Shown here: in pieces, positions 59,495 through 64,000 of the stretch
How positions within the stretch are numbered: position 1 is the first letter of the stretch
How the letters are laid out: the number at the start of each line of letters is the position of its first letter
From: Candidatus Thalassarchaeaceae archaeon
GTDB taxonomy: Archaea > Thermoplasmatota > Poseidoniia > Poseidoniales > Thalassarchaeaceae
Assembly: GCA_030748775.1 (NCBI GenBank)
Contig: JASMLH010000002.1
Location: 13,732-77,731 of the forward strand
Direction of reading: 5' to 3'
Length of the DNA stretch: 64,000 nucleotides
Notes under the pieces: model-generated
What the model saw: the letters and a program-made list of their open reading frames with translations, nothing else
Databases searched by the model: none
What the model was told of the DNA's origin: nothing
Program-made: the position numbers and the translations under genes

Positions 59495-61966
59495 GTTGTG
59501 CATTTCACGAAGTGCCTGTTCGAAAACAGCCAAATTGATGGGTACTGAAATTCCATCGATCTCTGACTTTAGTGATATTCCTAGGTCTTTCTTTGCCTTC
59601 CAAACATTTGAATTGAATTCAGTCAGTTCTGCTGTTAGTTCGCGAAATCCGTCAAATTCACTGACACCACACGAATCAGGAATTTTCGGGAACTCTCGGA
59701 TGTCAACTGAGCTCTGTGAATACAATGTCGTGCTAAGGTAGTGGGTGAAAAACGGGCAAATGGGCGTAAACGCACTCAGAATATCTCGGACAACCCTGTG
59801 CAGGGTCCATGTTGCCGAGCCATCACCCCCGTATAGGCGCGATTTTGACATCTCAAGCCAATGACTTGGAAATATGCCCGTGGAAAATGACTTGATTGAT
59901 TGAGCGGCATTGTAGATATCAATATCGGACCATGCCATATGGACGGTAGTAAGGGTGTGGTCGAATTCTGCAAGAATCCAAACATCCTCTGGGGACAGTT
60001 CCGGAGGATTCTCAAGGTCATCAGGAGTGTCAAATTGACTAGCGAATCTAGCTACGTTGAAAATCTTGGTTAAAACTCCATAATACTTAGTTTCGATTTC
60101 TTCGGGGTTGATGTGAAAATCATCACCGACTTGTGCGTCACAGGCTTTCCACAACCTGAAACACTCGCTGCCGATCTTGTTTGCCTTTAGAGTAACCTGC
60201 TTTCCATCAGCCCCGCGAATTTTCCATGAGCCAGTTCGCCCACCAGCTCCACATTCGAGTACGCTGTCCGCGTCGATCCCGTTGCCAAGTGACTTGGACA
60301 TTTTACGGCCCCACGGATCCATCCCAAGGCCATCGACCCAAATGTTCTGAAAGCCGGGTTTATCAAGCAACAATGCACTCTTTAGAATTGTATAGTACAG
60401 CCATGTTCGGACAATTTCTTTGCCTTGAGGCCTGATTGATGTAGGGAACGCCTTTTCGAATAATTCTGGCTCGTTAAGGTAGCCTGAAACGAATAGGTTT
60501 GAATTCGAAGAGTCCATCCATGTATCGAAAACCTTCTCTTCTCCTACAATATCTCCCAGTTGATCCCGCAACGATTCGAAATCACCCAATATCTTCTTTG
60601 AGTCACGTTCCAATACTTGTGAGCCGGTAGGTGGCGACTCCCTCCATGGTTGAACGTAGCAGCCCTTGGGGGGTACGACGACCATTGACCTATCTTCAGA
60701 ATACCAAATTGGAACTTCCGTGTGATACCAGCGTCTCCTACTAATAGGCCAGTCGATAGATATTCCATCCATCCAATCATGGAGGAACTGCCTATTCCTT
60801 TCTGGGATGAATCTCGATTGATTGGTAAGTTCGGAAAGTCTGTCTAATACGGATGTCTGCTTTACGTACCACTCCTTCAGGAGAATGATCTCTATTGGGT
60901 TACCTCCTCGTTCACTAACCGGGACCTCTTGTTCGCGCTCTTCAATCGATTTTATCCGTCCCTCATTCTGAAGTAATCTAGTCGCCTCTACCCTAGCATC
61001 TTCTACGGAAAGCCCACTAAGGGGGCCAGATAACGATGTCATCTTACCATCAAGGTCGATTGCTGGGAATGGTCGCATACCAAGTTCTCGGAAAATAGAG
61101 ACATCATTTTGGTCGCCATATGAGCATACCATCAATATGCCTGAACCGAAGTCCATCTTTACAGAAGGATGAGTTTGAATTTGAACGAATGAGTCCCTAT
61201 TACTAACTGTGAGGGGAAGGTCAACAGTCTTTCCAATAAGATGCATATATCGCTCATCTTCGGGATGTACAACAACGACTCCACATGCACAAATCATCTC
61301 CGGCCTAGTCGTTGTGATCACAATTTCCTCACCGTCTTGAGTCTTCCAAACGACATCGCAAAGGTTAGTCATTCGCTGAATTCGCTGAACTTCCGCCTCA
61401 GCAATTGTTGTACCCTCAACAGGGTCGTAAATATTTGGGCGGAGATCTTCGATAATATCTCCACGCTTGAAAAGCTCAACGAAAATTGTCTGGGAAATTG
61501 CCCGATACTCAGGAGAGTCTGTGAGGTATTCATTTTCATAGTCACAGGACAAGCCCACCCTCTTTGCTGTCTGGCGCATAGCTTGTGTGTAACTTTCAAT
61601 CGTATCAGAACAAATGTCTAAGAATTCGGCTCTGTCGTATGTTCGCATCTTTCTACCGGTTTTCTTTTCGACTGTGAACTCAATGTTGATTCCATTTCTA
61701 TCGACTCCCCAAGGAAATCGTACTTCTTTACCAATAAGCCTCTGGCTTCGAGCTATTACGTCTATCATGCTGTATTGGGCAACTGCTCCGATGTGCCATG
61801 TGCCACTTGGATAGGGCGGGGGTGTGTCAATGATGAAAATCTCCCTATCACTAGTGGGGTCGAACTTGTATCTATCAGAATACTTGTCGTTGGAAAAGTG
61901 ATCTGCTTGAATCTTCTTCTCGAGATCAACGCTCCATCTCTTGTCTGAGATCTTCGGTTCGGCCAC
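59483..61966 (-). CDS. valS: Valine-tRNA ligase
   Basis: IDTPPP, HIGH-like WHIGA, DWPISR, DTWMDS, KMSKS. Confidence 0.93.
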   Translation of the reverse strand: MAEPKISDKRWSVDLEKKIQADHFSNDKYSDRYKFDPTSDREIFIIDTPPPYPSGTWHIGAVAQYSMIDVIARSQRLIGKEVRFPWGVDRNGINIEFTVEKKTGRKMRTYDRAEFLDICSDTIESYTQAMRQTAKRVGLSCDYENEYLTDSPEYRAISQTIFVELFKRGDIIEDLRPNIYDPVEGTTIAEAEVQRIQRMTNLCDVVWKTQDGEEIVITTTRPEMICACGVVVVHPEDERYMHLIGKTVDLPLTVSNRDSFVQIQTHPSVKMDFGSGILMVCSYGDQNDVSIFRELGMRPFPAIDLDGKMTSLSGPLSGLSVEDARVEATRLLQNEGRIKSIEEREQEVPVSERGGNPIEIILLKEWYVKQTSVLDRLSELTNQSRFIPERNRQFLHDWMDGISIDWPISRRRWYHTEVPIWYSEDRSMVVVPPKGCYVQPWRESPPTGSQVLERDSKKILGDFESLRDQLGDIVGEEKVFDTWMDSSNSNLFVSGYLNEPELFEKAFPTSIRPQGKEIVRTWLYYTILKSALLLDKPGFQNIWVDGLGMDPWGRKMSKSLGNGIDADSVLECGAGGRTGSWKIRGADGKQVTLKANKIGSECFRLWKACDAQVGDDFHINPEEIETKYYGVLTKIFNVARFASQFDTPDDLENPPELSPEDVWILAEFDHTLTTVHMAWSDIDIYNAAQSIKSFSTGIFPSHWLEMSKSRLYGGDGSATWTLHRVVRDILSAFTPICPFFTHYLSTTLYSQSSVDIREFPKIPDSCGVSEFDGFRELTAELTEFNSNVWKAKKDLGISLKSEIDGISVPINLAVFEQALREMHNLVQ

Positions 61967-62096
61967 TTATGTCACCAATTACCGGGCGATGCATTGCCCT
62001 CTTGACCATTGCCTATGATATGTGAAAATTGGATTCGATGTGACATCTCTGCCGACGGTTTGAAGGTATGCCGATTCGCGTGTCCGCTAGAGAGTC

Positions 62097-64000
62097 ATGC
62101 CCGATGATGAACGGACTAGTACCATCGAAGCCTTTGCAGGGTCAATAAAGTCCGGTGTCGAGGACAAGATGAAGTCCATAGATTCTGAGGAGCTACAGAG
62201 GTCATTGGGTTTGATTCCCAATCGAATTAGACGTAGTTTCGCCGAAGCTGAAAGTACCTCGCTTCTGACAATGTTTCCAAAGGTTGTAGTCGTATCAACA
62301 CTGATTTTCACTCTTTTCGTTGCTCAGTTCTCTGGAATACTCGACTGCCGAGATGGATTCGACAATGCAATATGTAACGAAGAGCCTGCCTTGAATGTAA
62401 ATGGGGATCTAGAGGTATATTTGCCTGAAAGTGACGAAGAGGATAGCGTGAAGAATCTTATCGCCTCTGTTGAGGAGGACTGGACTACTAACGTAATGGT
62501 GATTTATGTCGAATCCGAGAACTACAATGTTTCCCAGAAGCGAATTCTTGATGAAATCGACAAGGTCGAAAGGGAGCTAAATTATGCAATGAACGACGGC
62601 GGCTCTGAGGATGATTTCATCTACGTACTATCAATTTCCACCGTAATTAAGGAGGTAAATTCGAGCGGAGGGCGAGTTGTTAAGGCATTCTTTTCAGGAT
62701 TGGCGGAGGCAACTGGTAACGAGCAGCTTTCAGATGAGATCAATGACACAATTGATGCACAAAGCGACCTAATAGGCAATTACGCGATACCCGACGAGCA
62801 GGAGAGGATTGACCAGATACTACAAGAGATGCCTCAAAACGCTCTTGACAAGCTTGTCAGAGACGTGGGTACCGAAACGGAAGATAAAGCATACTACTGG
62901 AATCGTGGGGTGATAATTCTTGGAATTGCAGACGATGGGAACAAGTCTGTAGGTGATATTGTTGATGACACTCAACTTCGTATAAACGAAATAGCACTAA
63001 ACTCGGGATGGGAAGACCTCGCACTGACAATGACTCTAACTGGACCGGCCCCTCTTACAAATGCAGTTACTGAAGAGTCATTCAAGCTATTTTGGGAAGT
63101 ATTTCCCGTTGGCGTAATCTTTGTTGCTCTCGGTCTATTCCTATTCCACTGTGACCTTCTTCAGACTGGTAGAATACGATTTGTCCAGGGCATCAAAGTC
63201 GTAATTATTTCTGGCCTTCCTACACTGTGCGCTGTATGGGTTACCCTGGGTATGATCGGTCTTACCCAGTATGAAGTGACAATGACAGTAATCCTTGTTG
63301 GCCCTATTGTACTAGCATTAGGTGTCTCATACGGCCTCCATATAACAAATAGATATGCAGAGTGCAAAGGAACCCCCCAGGAGAAAATGGCCGTAGCTCT
63401 CAGTTCGACTGGGCGAGCCGTATTCCTTTCTGCCATGACCACTATAATTGGGTTCATCTCCCTTACATTTGCACCCATGAAACCCATACAGACGGTTGGC
63501 TGGGCATTGGCTGGCGGAATAGTGGTAGTCTATGTGATGACTATGTTGATGGTACCTAATCTTACTATCCTGCTAGACTTGAAGAAGCCATCCCATCCTC
63601 CTCCAAAGATATTCGTAGCAGCGGTAAATATGCCAGTAAAATGGTCCCGAATTACCCTCTCATTATTCCTAATTTTGATGCTTATTTCTGCGGGTTACAA
63701 TAGGAACAATGTAGAGGAGAATATCGATCTTCTAAAAATGGCCCCCAATGACGAGGATGATTGCCCCGTCTGCCCTGTGGATAAGATGGCCGTATATTCT
63801 GAGGAGTTTGAGGCCGGACAACCTGGCTTCCTACTAGTCGAGGCAGACATTCGTGCAGAGCCAGATCTAGGCTTAGGTGCCATAACTGCTGAACATCCTT
63901 ATGCCAATCTAGAAGGTATAGAGAATCTAGAGGGTAATTGCAATGATGTTCAGAATGCTACCGCAGTGTCGATTGTTTTCCTAATGAAAGCAATTGCCGT
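62097..64000 (+). CDS. MMPL/RND-family transporter (runs off the window)
   Basis: Spot translation from ATG 62097 gives MPDDERTS..., a TM helix, then GPIVLALGVSYGLHITNRY and TGRAVFLSAMTTIIGF. Confidence 0.88.
   Translation, partial: MPDDERTSTIEAFAGSIKSGVEDKMKSIDSEELQRSLGLIPNRIRRSFAEAESTSLLTMFPKVVVVSTLIFTLFVAQFSGILDCRDGFDNAICNEEPALNVNGDLEVYLPESDEEDSVKNLIASVEEDWTTNVMVIYVESENYNVSQKRILDEIDKVERELNYAMNDGGSEDDFIYVLSISTVIKEVNSSGGRVVKAFFSGLAEATGNEQLSDEINDTIDAQSDLIGNYAIPDEQERIDQILQEMPQNALDKLVRDVGTETEDKAYYWNRGVIILGIADDGNKSVGDIVDDTQLRINEIALNSGWEDLALTMTLTGPAPLTNAVTEESFKLFWEVFPVGVIFVALGLFLFHCDLLQTGRIRFVQGIKVVIISGLPTLCAVWVTLGMIGLTQYEVTMTVILVGPIVLALGVSYGLHITNRYAECKGTPQEKMAVALSSTGRAVFLSAMTTIIGFISLTFAPMKPIQTVGWALAGGIVVVYVMTMLMVPNLTILLDLKKPSHPPPKIFVAAVNMPVKWSRITLSLFLILMLISAGYNRNNVEENIDLLKMAPNDEDDCPVCPVDKMAVYSEEFEAGQPGFLLVEADIRAEPDLGLGAITAEHPYANLEGIENLEGNCNDVQNATAVSIVFLMKAIA

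Noticed and set aside
59483..61966. ValRS lacking CxxC zinc motifs (YDPVEGT, VSERGG)
   Set aside because: Cys-free variants of these motifs are known in other ValRS enzymes; not distinctive.
61984..61999. Near-palindrome GGGCGATGCATTGCCC upstream of valS
   Set aside because: Single short instance with no supporting context.
1..64000. CRISPR arrays, transposases, integrases, rRNA genes
   Set aside because: No regularly spaced repeats or corresponding motifs seen; nearly all the sequence is explained by coding genes.

Overview
Core-genome segment of a euryarchaeon, most consistent with Marine Group II (Poseidoniales, Thermoplasmatota). This is inferred from the fused rpoB, archaeal ribosomal proteins, PAN, Kae1, Tsr3, aMBF1 and GGTGA/GGAGG ribosome-binding sites. 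In order, the window holds a Rieske/cytochrome b operon, a divergent FtsZ, tRNA-Lys, the rpoH-B-A1-A2-L30e operon, four paralogous coiled-coil proteins, pdxS, translation and proteasome genes, a full histidine-degradation pathway and tRNA-Val. It continues with methylmalonyl-CoA mutase/epimerase, a preQ0 (folE-queE-queC-msrB-queD) operon, ribosomal proteins, YdeP/FdhD/IscA/YgfZ, SOD, valS and a partial MMPL transporter. I found no mobile element or CRISPR array. Main observations: (1) two RNA polymerase subunits, Rpo5 and Rpo1C, share a homologous extra N-terminal domain, and Rpo1N carries a Cys-motif insertion. (2) An unannotated ribbon-helix-helix gene with a tandem palindromic operator heads the preQ0 operon, whose QueC lacks its zinc cysteines. 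(3) A dif-like ATAA-N6-TTAT site lies in the AT-rich gap near tRNA-Val. (4) A C-terminal R[RK]LG[VT]SR motif recurs in two coiled-coil paralogs and aMBF1. All family assignments come from motif recognition by eye; no database searches were run.
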